Of a stretch of DNA of 64,000 nt, positions 25,701 to 37,054 are shown one piece after another. This DNA is from Utricularia gibba (taxonomy: Eukaryota > Plantae > Magnoliophyta). The DNA lies in NCBI GenBank assembly GCA_002189035.1, contig NEEC01000010.1, positions 3,348,001 to 3,412,000 on the forward strand, given 5' to 3'. Position 1 is the first letter of the stretch. Every line of letters starts with the position of its first letter. The notes beneath the pieces were generated by a model. That model made no database searches. It saw nothing but the letters and a program-made list of their open reading frames with translations, and had not been told where the DNA came from. Position numbers and translations under genes: made by a program.

Positions 25701-28700
25701 TGCGTGAATATTTTTTTGCTATCAGATCATTTCCACCCACATCCCTACCATCAACTTCTTCGCTCTTTGAATTTTTCGCCTGAATAGAGATCTCTGGTGC
25801 ATCTTCTGAATCGTCTGGTTCCACTTTATGCAAATCGGATTTCTCATTTGATACGCCATTCTTCAGAGGAACTTCAGCAGATGCCTGATTTTCTCCATAG
25901 CTTGAAGGTTTTTCTGAACCCTGCAGAGTGCTGTCTGCTTCAGCCTTTCTGGAAAATTCATTGTTTATTTTCATATCTTGAAGTCCAACATCCATTTCCA
26001 TTTTGATGTCTGATATTACTTTATTCATGAAAGATGGTGGAGAAAGTAAGGCATCACTACTTTTATCTCCAACTCCATCCTGAGGCTTCACATCAGTATT
26101 TCCAATGTCTGAATTTCCCTTTCCATTATTACCATTTATGATCAGGAATGTGCCCGAAACATAAGCCTGATTTTCCAGCACTGGCAAATCGTCACATGTT
26201 ACAGAAGTATCAGAAGCAGAAGCCGATTCCAACTTCATGGCCTTGTCTAAGGTACCAACAATCAATACATCATCAGAATGATCTAGAATTTCTCTGTCCT
26301 TATCTTTGTTGCTACCCAATGTATCGCTAATGCAGGAAGATAGCTCATCTTCAGAGGTCTTATCGACTGTCAAGGGAATTTCTTGATAACTCAAAGAAGC
26401 TTCCATAGGATGATTCCCATCAAATACCAAGCTTCTTTCAATGTCTGTTTCTCCTTTTTCTTCAGAAGCAATACTGACATGAACACCTCTCTTCATGCAA
26501 TCTCCACTTGTCTCATCAAAATTCAGAGCATCAGCAGCACCATTCATCGTATCAGAAATTTCCATTGTTGCCAAAGCAGATGTTGGTGGTGATACATTTG
26601 CAGTTTCAAATATCAAATGTGATCCAGATGAAGTAGGTTCTTTGTTCACTATTTCAGCCTCCGAGAGTTGAGATGGCTGAAGCATCGATGGCTGGTTGAA
26701 ATCCTGAAAAGAATAAGTAAAAAAAAAAGCTCATATTGAGCGTTCTATACACTGTGCGTGCTATATACATCTGGATCAACATAAAGCAACCAGAATACTG
26801 ACCGGCTCCTGTTTGCAGCCCATTTTACTTTGCTTATGTTCAAAGGAGTCAACAGGTCTATCGCTAACTTCTTCAACAGAGCTTGCTGAAGATGATGCAA
26901 TATCCTGACTGTTCAGCCCATCCCTTTGTACAGTCAATGACTCTGATGATACAGCTAATGTAACTGATGGCACAGCACCCGGTTTTGATTGTGGCACTGA
27001 ACTTGAAGATGAAAGATCAAGGTCCCTTTTGGGGGAAAACAGTCCCTCCTCGTCTGCCGTTGAACTAGAAGCAGAAGAAAGATCTTTGTCGAAATGAGAT
27101 CCGAGAGTTGGTTTTACAGTATCCTGCAGAGATAGAGGATTAACAGGCTATAACTAACATGACCAAACCCTTATCAAATGATTATTCCGTTCAATAGGAC
27201 AATAAAAAATTTTTGTTACGGACCAACTAACCTGGTTATAGAACCTCGGAAGCTGAGAAGTAGATGGAACATGTGAGCCACTCATGGCAACAGGGTTCAA
27301 AGCAGGGAAAAACATGGAATTTATGTTGTAGGAGTTAGGATAAAAATTCATTGGGTAATTAGGAGGAAATGACTGAATAGTTTGTGATTGAGGAGGCACA
27401 TTTAGATGTAGCTTGGGACCTGGTGATACCTCAAGCTTCAATTCTTCATGAGTATCCGGGTGAGTAATCTTGACGGGTTTACGAGTAGTGCCATGTTTTC
27501 CAACTTGCTGAGGTGAATAGTGGTGGCCAAAGTTAAGTGCCGCGCTACCCAACTGCGGAGTCATCTGATGTGCCATCTGTCCTGGCAAGTTAAAGCCTTG
27601 GGCCTGAAGCATCATCTCTTGAGACTGCATCGGGTGTGGCTGGAGGCCAGGGATGAAAATTGGCTGCTGCATTGGAGGGTTTCCCATAGGTATGTGCATA
27701 GGGATGGGAATAGGGATTGATGCTCCTGGGAGGGTCTGAGAGTGGATCTGGGGGCTCGGACCCCCAAACTGAATAGGGAGTTGTGGATGGTGAAATGACA
27801 TTTGCATCGGCATACTAGAGACAGGCTGTGCAGCAGGCTTCTGAGATTGAGTCTTTGGAGGGGCAGCTGAAGGTTGTGTCTCTCTCGTGGATTTGAGTCC
27901 TTGCTGCTGAGCTTCATCAGCAATCCTGTGGTCAAGACTCCCTTCGTTCTTCTTCAGCAAATGCTGCTTTAGAAGAGATGGGTTTGGGATACCAGGAGCC
28001 GCCCTTGCAGGCACTGGGCGGACCTGCTAAATGAAAATAAGGTGTATACGGTTCTTTTAAGTCAAGATAATCCAGAAAAAAACTTTAAATTTGAGAAAAT
28101 ATAAGGAGAACTTGAGAATCATGATTAAAGTTTCCATTATCAACACGTTTGTGGATCGGGGAAAAATGAAAGCGGCACAAAGATGAGCAAAAAAATCATG
28201 TACCAACCTGAGATTTTTTCTGTTCATCCAAGTTTGGAGGAGCAGAGCTTGTGCGAGCAGGGATCTATGAGAATACATACACTTAAAAACTTGGGAATCA
28301 AAGAATAAGGATAGGAATGGGGAACTACATAATATCACACATGCAGCCTCAAGGGCTGATTAAGAAATTATACATCTTGGAACTTCAAACTACCTGTACT
28401 CCATTAACAACACCAGCACTGATGGATCCAAACTGCAGCGGAAATGACCTAGATGCATCCTCTGAGACATGACGAGGGAAGGAAAAAAAATTAATATCAT
28501 CAATTAATAAAAGCACGAGATATCCACATCACATTCTGCCCATAAACAAGCACACGAAAACTGAATCAAGATGGAAACAAATATTTATAACCTTTTGCGG
28601 GGGTGGCTTGGACTTTAGAGTCAGAAGTAACAGAAGAAGAATATGACAGTGAAGCCAAAGCGGAAACATTAGAGGATGAGAATGTAGAATCAGAATCCTT

Positions 28701-29298
28701 TGTAACCTTCAGAGTCTGAATATCTTTCACCACAGCAGCGTTAGAGTTACTTTCAGCAGGCAGCACGTGAGATTCGCCTGCAGAAACACTATCATTAGAC
28801 ATAAACAGAAAAAATTAAGCCAAAGCTTTTGCATTGACCTATAATAACTCGAATGAGCAACGAACCCTTAAATATGTAAATACAAAAACGGAATCTAAAA
28901 TCCTGTACCACGGTTGCCTGAAGCTTGCGTTGCAGAGGCTAAATCGACATCTGGGTTTCTTGCCCTTGACTGCCCCCATTGTGCAGTGCCAGGATGCTTC
29001 TTGAAACTGATTCAAACAGTCGCATTCATGAATGAAAACAGCCGCACAAACCCGCGTGCATCACACCACATTGACAAATCCAAAACATAAGCACGTTAAG
29101 GAATGCAATCCATTGCGAAAATGCTCCCAGCGCGTACCTGCGAGTAATGGAGTCAGAGGCGGCGGATGGGGCGCCGCCACCGCCTTTAACTGGGATGCTG
29201 CCTTGATAGTGTCCCCGCTGATTCGAGCTGCCGGATCGAGCGGTTTTCCTGTACTGCGCAGAATCGTTCCTCTCACTTCTAGATTGATTATGGGACAT
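22789..29298 (-). CDS. eIF4G: Eukaryotic translation initiation factor 4G (large isoform, ~1700 aa)
   Basis: ATG 29298 MSHNQSRSERND; LQFGSIS..NGVQ-IPARTSSAPPNLDEQK; KITHPDTHEEL; eIF4E-binding motif KKYSRKFLL (about 25693-25720); MIF4G (ILNKLTPQNFEKL, ALMEPTFCEMYA, RMLGNIRLIGEL); C-terminal MA3. One C-run frameshift at 23204-23206. Confidence 0.95.
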
Positions 29299-30857
29299 AA
29301 ATCCTGGCCCTCGACACAATCGATTTTCTTGAAAGTGTAACCACCTACAGAAATCCACCGATCGCATTCAACGTCGAAGAAACAAAAAGAAGCCATCCAT
29401 CTCACTCCCCTCCGGTTCACAGTGCACAAAGTGCCCAAATTCGACAAAATTCTGTCAATCCCTTCAAATATGCGGCACACAACGAGTGATGAATTCGATT
29501 TACCTCTCACCTGGAGTGGACGACTGAGAGAAATCAGAGTCGCTATCGGAGGATGTCAATGGCGAAAGCCATGCCCAGAGACCATGGTTGATAACAGATG
29601 AAGGTGGGGGTAATGGAGGAGCCCAAGAAGAAGCACGATTTTATCGAGGGACTTCCCTTGATCTTCCTAATCACGTTTCAGATCCCTTTTTATTGTTTCT
29701 TAATCCTGCTACTTTAGTGTGTTATTTACCCCATAATACACAATACAAAATTCATTATATTACCTCAAAAACAAACATTTTATCTAATATTTTAAATGGA
29801 AAAAAAACATTTCGAAATTGTGGTGTGTGTCAAATTAAAAATTAATTCGTAATCTGTGAGTTAATTGTGATTAAACTTTTTATTATAAATAGCCATTTAC
29901 CCGTTCAAATACTAAATCCTCATTAATTAAATACGTTGATGGCGTTGGGTTGGATGAATTCCGGAGTTGATTGGATTGGATGCTTTTCATCTCTTTCGAA
30001 GTTGGTATATGCTTCTGCAGATTGGCCGTTAGGTCATCTGGAACTGCTTTTCATCTTGGGGAGGCGGAGTGGACTTCGCGGACCTCCTCCATACCATACG
30101 AGGGAGGAACTAGTTTCTTGGGGGGTCACTGCTTGGCTTGGCAGACTCTTTGATCGTCATCAATCATTTCTACGGCATCTCTGTTATAATGTTGTTTTGT
30201 TTTGCATGGATCGTCTTCTCTCCATCTGACGATCCTCGGCTTGCGGACGAAACCGATATGAGAGACATCGGCATGTAGTTCGCTCCGGGCGTGAAAGAGC
30301 TCTATTGAGCGCCAACTCCGGCACTGGAATTGGCTTCAACACTTGGTCGAAAGTGAGCAGGACCCCCTCATCGGGAGTCAATTGGGGAGCGAGGATATCC
30401 AAAAGGATAGGCCTTGCCTTGAAGGCGATGCGCGTATGATGGATTTGGTTGATCCGCAGTGCCTACAGAGGCGACGCTTTTAAGATGTGGGTGGAGATTA
30501 TTGACCAAAGGAAGGAAGGAAGGCTGGACTTCCGAACTCACATTACATTTTTAGACTTTAGGCTTCATCATTTTCCCCCTTTCAGTGTGCATTTCATGGT
30601 TGTCCAAAATATTCATAAAAAAGAAACACATAAATATGAAGTCCAAGTCGGGTCGTCGTTGAATTTGGAGGAGATGTTGTAATAGAAATCGAGCTGTCAA
30701 TCGGGGGCATCGCTTTGATGCTATGGCTCTCGTAGATTCAAACAGAAAAATATAAAAGGAAAGATCTTGGGCTCTCTCCCGCTGGTTCATAGTTGTAGAG
30801 GGATTGGATTGAAGGAATTCGCCAGCAAGACGAGGATCTCAGCCTTCAGTTGCAAAA

Positions 30858-33350
30858 ATGAATGATCTTTTGTCGGTGGGTTTTCTTACACTCCTTTCTC
30901 GTTTTGTTTTGAATCTGTTGCAACCAAATGGGTTTTGGTAGTTGGAGATCCTGTATTGGGATGCAGCAGCTGCTATTTTATACATGGAAAAATTGATTGA
31001 TTGCCTGGCTTAACCTGAGGAACTGTTTCTGGGTTTTGTTTGTGAGGTTCAAAAGACTAAAACACATTGTGATCAAGCTGGAACCTTGATCAGTGTTGAT
31101 TTCAGTAGTTTCAACCTGTGATCTGATGCAAAATTTTATTTATTCGTTCTCTCTCTCTCTCTTTTTTTTTTCTTTGTTCTTTGAAAAAATGTCGTTGTTA
31201 GAAAGTTAAGAGCTTGCACCCTGTCTAAGGTTCTGCTGGGATGTCTAGGAGAGATGCGTGCATGAGAATCATCTCTCTATCTATCATGTGTATTTTTAGG
31301 ATTCATTTCCCAGTTCCCGGGAACAAGGGAACAGGATTGGTGACATCGAAATGGGAACTGAGAGATCTTCCGCCGACCTGGGACTAGGAGATTTCTTCAA
31401 GAAGGTTGGCGCTCAATTTGGCTCCATCCAGATCATTAAGAAAGCATCGATATTCTTTCTGTGAACTTTCTTTTTTTGCGGCCTAAAATGATTTGGATCT
31501 GCAGAAGTTGGGTTTGAAGTGCTGCTTATGCTGCCCTAATGTTTCTTTTATGCATCTTCGGTGTAGGTTCAAGAGATAGAGAAACAGTATGAAAAAGTCA
31601 ACAGCATACTCAGAAAGCTTCAGGTGCTCAGTGATTATTATTTTTTTTTTTTTGTTAGCTTGCATGTCTGTCATATCAGAATACTGATAACCTTCTATTT
31701 TGAGGATTTTCCAGCATTAGTACTCTGGAATACAACTTAGATCTCATTTTCTGCCAGTCTTTGATTTTAAACCTCATTCCACCCAATTGCAGGAGGCTCA
31801 TGAGGAATCCAAAGCTGTTACAAAGGCTGCTGCCATGAAAGGTTAGCTTTTTGATTTTGAGGGTGCTGCGTTTAAAAGTTTTTCGTACTGACTATTGGCC
31901 TTCCTGAAAGATTTGTCTTCCTAAAGGAGGCTTATGCAAGCTTAGGTATCCTTAAATAGATATTTGTTTTTGCGAAAGGATATCATCATAAAGATTCAAA
32001 GTTGTTCCTGTTCATGATTGATTTATGAATAATTCAGCAATCAAAAAGCATATGGAGAAAGATGTTGATGAAGTTGGAAAAATTGCTCGCTCAATCAAAT
32101 TAAAAATTGAGGAGCTTGACAGAGAGGTGAGTCATTTTTTGTAGGTTTTGAGAAGCTTTGTGGGGTATTGACTTCTTTCTTTTCTAGAATTTATCCAACA
32201 GGCAAAAACCTGGATGTGGAAAGGGTTCCGGTGTTGATAGATCAAGAACAGCAGCAACAGTGTAATGCTGTTGTTCCCCTGTTTTCTTTTTATCATATGC
32301 AACGTGGGTTATCAAGAAGTTATATCCTAATGAACCACATCTGAATTTGCAGGGCTTTGAAGAAAAAGTTCAAAGACAAAATGGCTGAGTTCCAGGTATG
32401 CAGCTCACATTGTACAAGGTTGCTCTGAAATTCCCATCTTCAGCCTATAGATCTCTCTGCATGTACCTTTCAGACTCTGAGGGAAAACATCCATCAAGAG
32501 TATCGTGAGGTTATCGAGAGGCGTGTGTTTGCAGGTGATAACATTGTATTGTATAGCATCTAACACCAGGAGAGCTTGCTGTTTTTAGTGCCTAATTGTG
32601 AAATTTGGATTCCAGTGACTGGCAGTCGAGCGGATGAAGCGGTGATAAAATGCATTCCTCATTTTTCTCCAAATGTCTTGTTGTTATCTGGCTGTTTTTA
32701 ATCTTAAAGACTCTCCCAGTAGGCCATTGATAAGTTAATAGAAACTGGGGACAGCGAGCAAATATTCCAAAAGGCTATACAGGAACAAGGTCGTGGCCAG
32801 GTATCCCTCTCTCTTCTGTATTCTCACTGTGGAGTTCCCTGTTGCAAATAGAATGTTTCCAGCTTTTTGAGATTCTTCTGGTCTGGCAGATTGTGGAGAC
32901 TGTAGCTGAAATTCAAGAGAGGCATGATGCAGTTAGAGATTTGGAAAAGAAGCTCCTCGATCTACAACAGGTGCACAGCGTAGTAGTCATAAGCAGACTT
33001 GCTTTGTCCTGATTTCACCATTGACTTGTCTTGCAGATCTTCTTGGACATGGCTGTATTGGTTGACGCTCAAGGCGACATGCTTAACAACATTGAATCAC
33101 AGGTAAAACAATGTTTTTTATTCTTGTCCGATGGCCTCAATTTCTGTCTGAACATGTGCTGGTTTCAACATACCAGGTCTCATCAGCAGTGGAGCATGTC
33201 CAGTCCGGCAACACCGCCCTCCAGAAAGCGAAAACTTTGCAAAAGAGCTCAAGAAAATGGATGTGCATCGGCATCATCATCCTTCTCATCATTATCGTGA
33301 TCGTGGTAGTCGGTGTACTGAAGCCATGGCAGAGCAGAAATGGAGCCTAG
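30858..33350 (+). CDS. SYP132: Plasma-membrane Qa-SNARE syntaxin SYP13 family
   Basis: Microexon MNDLLS (30858-30875); GDIEMG; [13 protein letters not shown]; VDRSRTA; [41 protein letters not shown]; C-terminal [27 protein letters not shown]. Confidence 0.9.
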
Positions 33351-33813
33351 ACCCTCCTCCACCAGCCAATGTTGTACTGTGCATTAGTTGAATTCTTCGG
33401 CTATTTGCTTTTGTTGGTGAGTGAACCAGCGTTTTGATTTCGCGGTCCCTGACATTTGCTGAATAACAGTGAGGAATTCCATCCAAGTAACAAGTGATGC
33501 TCCCTGCTTGCAGCATTTAGATCCTTGTACATCAACAGTTTTAGCACTGCCTAGTGACCTTCTCCAGGAAAATGTATTGATTCTTTAAGAAATGGTAACT
33601 TTTTCACGGTGATAAAACTGTAAAAGAATACAATACAAGTTCATGGTACACATTATACAGACTAGTAAGGGAACTCCGCTTATTATTTTCCCATAAGGTG
33701 TAAAATATATGACTTTTACAATCAGTGAATGTTGCAGTGGAAAAAGAAAACAGCATAAAAGAACAAGGAGCAGTAACTTACTTGAGGAAAGGATCAAGGA
33801 AGGAATGAGATTG

Positions 33814-36195
33814 TTATATTGCATAAGAGCATTTGCATACCATTTCCAGAGCATCAGTCACCAATGCAGAAAAGCTGGCCATTGCCTGAAAAACTCCAGG
33901 AAGCCCTGTTTGAATGTTGTTCAGGGTCATTCCTCTCGTTACTTCCACAGCCTTCGAATGCTTAGCCTTCTCGTCCTCGACTCTTTTCCGATATACTGTG
34001 AGCTCGGCCTTCTTCTCTGCCAAAGGATCCCGTGCATCCAAAATGTTGGCAGCGGAGTGGTCAGGAGGAGCCAACCCAACCATGGAGTATGACTTGTAGT
34101 ACTTTTGCTCAATACTTTTTAAAGATGAAGTTTTCTTCTCAAGCTTCTTGGATGCATTGTCTGTTCTCTTCTTCATCTTAAGCTCCTCAAGTTGTTTTGT
34201 AGAAATCGAACGGATGATGTTATTGAAACTCTTGATGGATTCAGAAGCAACTGTGTCCGGGACACGATCCACACCAAGCTTCCACTGCTCAATAAATGTG
34301 TAAACCTGTTCAAGATGTCTGGTTTCAACTCCACCAGGCGGCTCCACGTTATTCACGGGTATTAACGTGAGCTTGAACCAGCCATTGATGGAGGTGATGA
34401 AATCACGGTGATATTTCATAACACGGCAGAAGCTGGAGTGCCATGCCGATACTGCAACATCAAGATCACGAGTTGCTTGGCAGTGCATATCAGAAGTTGA
34501 TTCGAGTTCTGGTGTTGGATTAACTAGGCCAAGAACTTGCTGCACTATATCCTTCTGCATCTCATGAGACTGATGCATTGACCTCCACATGTACATGAAT
34601 CTACATAAGTTTTCATTTCATTTCATCAGGCATAGTGTATGGATTCACATATCAAAAGTTCAAAAGAAAATTCTCTTACGCATGGCAAAGTTCAATCAGC
34701 TGGGGGATGAGATGAGAGTCTCTGAGTCCAACAATGGCTGATGAAGTAGTTGATACAGCCTGAGAAGTCACCAACATTAGGGACTGAAGCCTTTTTATCG
34801 ATGCCTTCGTCTTGTCGAGTTCCGATTCATCTTTGCCACGATACTCCTGACTCTGAAGTGTAGCTAACTTCTTTTCATGCTCCATTTTTATTCCTTCTCT
34901 GGTCTTCACTTCCTGATACAGTTTCTTTTCCCAAGCCAATAACCGATCGAGTGAGGAGCACAAGCTCTTCGCACCATCAACAGTTTTAGGCTCCAACTCA
35001 TACTTAACAGACAAAGGGGGCTTTGAAGTCCAGCTTGAGCTCAAATTACTGAAGATGCCACTAGAGTGATAGATTGTCTCTGTCATACCAAATGCAATTT
35101 TGAAGAACAAACTTCCCTTGATTAGTAAATGATTAACAATAAGACAGCAACAATAACATCAGTGCTTACTTTTCAACTGTTTGAAGCTTCGATCAATCTG
35201 TTCCCTGCCAAGTTCAAGGATATCAGAGACTTGCTCCCCTGCATTGGCAGCTTCTTCAAAGTGTTCCTTGAGAGCAGAAGCAATTTCCATGAAGTTCCTG
35301 TGCCGCAAAATCATTCTCCTCTCAGGATTTGCGTTCACTCCTGAGTTATCATTTCCCCACCTACCAGAGGAATCAGACGACAGTTGCTTCTCAGTTTCTA
35401 CATTGGATTGCGGCTCAAATGCAGAAGCAGATTCCTTGAAATCTCCTTCTTCATCGCTAGAAGAATTACTGGTGCTGATGATGTTATCATCATGATCTCC
35501 CCATTCGCTGCATTCAATCTCTTCCTTCATACCCCCCTGTTCGCCATCCCTTTCACTCTTCACATGGAATGTATAGGACGATGCAGTGTCATCAAGCTTA
35601 CTGGGCAGATCATCGGTGTCATGGAGATCACCGTGCGAGTATTTGTTATCATCTGAGTCTCCAATTTTGTCGAGTTTATTGAAGTACTCGGAGTCGGGAG
35701 GTGAAGGAGGGGGTAAAAGTTATCCCAATTCCACATTGATGATTCCTGAGAAGGGGTGTTTGCGTATACTGAACTTCGATCTCTCGCTGTTGGAAAGCGA
35801 GTTGCCTGGCGCGAGGAAGCGAAGCTGGATTCCGATAGGATGTGGGGAATCCTGACTGGCTTTCTCCGAGGGGGTGGCGGCGGCGGAGGTGTATCACGGT
35901 GAACTCGGGAAGGTGTATCACGGTGAGCGTGGGAAGACGTCGGAGGTGGCGGAGAAGGAGATGGGGCGGATACGGAGGATCGGAGTACGGTAGGAGCATG
36001 ATCGGTGACGGATAAGCGTTCGCCGGAGGCGAAGGTGAGGAGTGCAGAAGCAGTTAAACGGAGGGAGCGAGTGTAGTCGGAGTGGGCGGCAGCGAGGTGG
36101 TGGCGTGAATGAACAGTCGCCTTCATGAGGCGACGGCGCTCCTTGCACCGACGCAGAGTGTCGTCGTTATCAAGCTTAGACTCCGTGCAGCCCAT
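33814..36195 (-). CDS. NRG2: DUF630/DUF632 protein, NITRATE REGULATORY GENE2-like
   Basis: [35 protein letters not shown]; WNWDNFYP; [11 protein letters not shown]; [21 protein letters not shown]; FMYMWRSM. Exons 36195-35170, 35079-34680, 34600-33814. Needs +1 at G-run 35709-35713. Confidence 0.88.
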
Positions 36196-37054
36196 TTCGT
36201 CATAACCAGGCAGCCAAGCCGCAAAACACTCGCATGGAGACGACGCTGGGCATTGGCTGCTCAAAAAAAGAATTCTTCAAAAAAAAAAAAATATTCCCCC
36301 GCGGCTTGACATCACCATCCCGGCCATGCATTGCATCTCATCCCCCCCTCATAAACAGCCAGCTACCAGACAGGAAAATAAATTGCATTTCGGTGGACGT
36401 CGAGTAGAATATTCCAAAAAAACTTCTCCATGAACGCACATAAACTAGTAGTTTTATTTCATAAATAATATATGTTTCCATTTTTAAAAAGAAACGAATT
36501 TATTCGGTAGAAAAAGCAGAGGATTTTTTTTTGGAATAAAGGAAAAAGTATACTCAGATGTTGATTCGGGTTGCAATCCCTAGGAAGCTCCACTCTCCCT
36601 TCCGTTTTTCATGAAAGGGTAAAACAACCAAAAAAGAAAAGGGGAACTTGAAATTGACCTGTTGCAGGTTGCTGAGATGACGAATGGGTTGGAGGTCCCT
36701 CTCCTCATCACATCCATCGGTCCCCTTTGTCGAAACTTACCCGTGTGCTCTGCGACCGGAAATCATAGACCACTCGTTCAAATAGCGCAACATTTGATGT
36801 TAGGTAGAGCAATGCTTCAAATCAAAACTTCTGAAACGAAGCCGACTGAAGAATAAGCATGCGATATGAAAAGAGCATGATTAGTTATTCACTTCGTTTT
36901 TTTCAGTGATACGGAACAAGGATCGACCATGCCACGGTTAGATGTCACACGAGGTGCACAAATGTCAGGGCAGGGAGGATCTAAAGCGTCCCCCACCACG
37001 TTCTTAATGCCAAAACATGTACCTAAGAAGAAGGATCTTACCATGTGACAGCAT

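Noticed and set aside
32801-32890. U12-type intron in SYP132 (donor GTATCCCT; also GTATCCTT at 31946)
   Set aside because: The donor deviates from RTATCCTT, there is no TCCTTAAC branch point near the acceptor, and the 31946 motif lies inside an ordinary intron.
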